From: Klebsormidium nitens
Lineage: Eukaryota; Plantae; Klebsormidiophyceae
Length of the DNA stretch: 64,000 bases
Direction of reading: 5' to 3'
Assembly: GCA_000708835.1 (NCBI GenBank)
Contig: DF237020.1
Location: 175,974-239,973 of the forward strand
Every line of letters starts with the position of its first letter. Within the stretch, counting starts at the first letter, position 1. This document shows positions 63,096-64,000 of the stretch, in pieces. The notes below the pieces were generated by a model that did not search any database, was not told the origin of the DNA, and worked only from the letters and a program-made list of their open reading frames with translations. The translations under genes were made by a program, and so were the position numbers.

Positions 63096-63998
63096 TCACA
63101 CGGTTGGGTAGGGAATATCATATACATCGCCAGTATTCCAGGTTTCGAATGAGGGCAGTGGGTAATCGACGGTCTTGACCACGCTTCCATCTGCCATTGT
63201 GATGATGAGGTTGACGCCTCCCTGACCGGAAAGGTCTCCTCCGGTCGCAAACCAACTCCCCCAACCCGCTACTTTCTCACCCTTCTTGAATCCTCCATTT
63301 CTCGTTTCGAAGTCGACTGAACGTACTTCTCCTACTCCATGAAGTCTCGAAGGGACGATCGCCTTAGCCCACCTGTTCCAGGCCTGGGTTCGCACCACGA
63401 AGTGATCGTTGTGCGGATAATTCGGACTTCCCAGGGAGTCGCAAGGAACCCGGGTCCATGTCCCCGTGAAAAGGCCACCATTCCCACAGTTGATGTTCCC
63501 ACTTCCATCCCTCAGGCTCTGGAAGTAGTCGAACTAATCACAGCACATGTCTATGTGTGATCCTTGAGGAGGCCAGGCACGGTCGCCCAGTGAGTCGATG
63601 GGGTCCGTGATATCACTGATTACGTAACCCCGTGATTTACCATCGTATGACAGGATTCCACATCCTCCACATGAGCCCAAAAAATCGTAATTCCCGGAAG
63701 CGACATGCAGAGGGTACAAACTGTTCTTGACGAAATCCGTATCTCCATTGACGTCCGAACCATACCCGCACTGACCGTTGCCGGTCGCACAGTCCATGCC
63801 GGGGCTAGAATAGAAAGTCACTGTGACGGGAGCAGAATCACCGAAGCTAAGAGTACTTCTGCGATTGGGCATGGTAGCATTCGCATCTGCCATCTTATCG
63901 GTCCATGTCTCGAAAGCACCATCGGATTTTAACATCCTTCCACACAGGGCAGCATTCGGCATCAGCACGAGGGTAGCGAAAGTTGCGAACAGAACCAA
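63096..63998 (-). pseudogene. Intronless expansin-like gene (signal peptide, DPBB domain, CBM63-like domain) interrupted by one in-frame TAG at 63534-63536; start lies beyond the right edge
   Basis: VTFYS..GQCGYG..SCGGCG..GYVISDITDP..HIDMCCD*FDYF..FTGTWTRVPC..GVGEVRSVD..GWGSWFATG..VNLIITMADGSVV. The two ORF-track segments (63534-63998, 63096-63398) are in the same frame with an open 46-codon bridge. Confidence 0.75.
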
Positions 63999-64000
63999 GG

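Overview
Eukaryotic, intron-rich genomic DNA (GT-AG introns, GC-rich exons). Gene content and style suggest a streptophyte green alga such as Klebsormidium; this is inference, not a database result. I built spliced models by hand and checked their phases. Left to right: a VTI1-type SNARE (-, runs off the left edge) head-to-head with a GTE/BET bromodomain-ET gene (+); a membrane-anchored class-3 lipase-fold gene whose nucleophile Ser is Gly (GHGMG; -), head-to-head with a ~1390-aa gene carrying an intact lipase domain fused to a long helical region (+); a nested DNA-transposon relic containing a 548-bp foldback element with a 9-bp TSD; a SNAPIN gene with a very long disordered N-terminus (-) head-to-head with a plant SWAP70-like PH/coiled-coil gene (+); a third class-3 lipase (-) with a 5-bp-TSD MITE in an intron. 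From ~46 kb the window is a fast-evolving duplicated block: an orphan ~131-aa ORF and its frameshifted twin, a 202-aa coiled-coil/Zn-finger-like gene, two tandem 2OG-Fe(II) dioxygenase genes (the second has HxD changed to DxD and looks truncated), a relic exon of a third copy, a shared telo-box/GCGGCCGC upstream module, an orphan acidic gene spanning an assembly gap, and an intronless expansin-like ORF broken by one in-frame TAG. No convincing tRNA, rRNA or CRISPR array was found.
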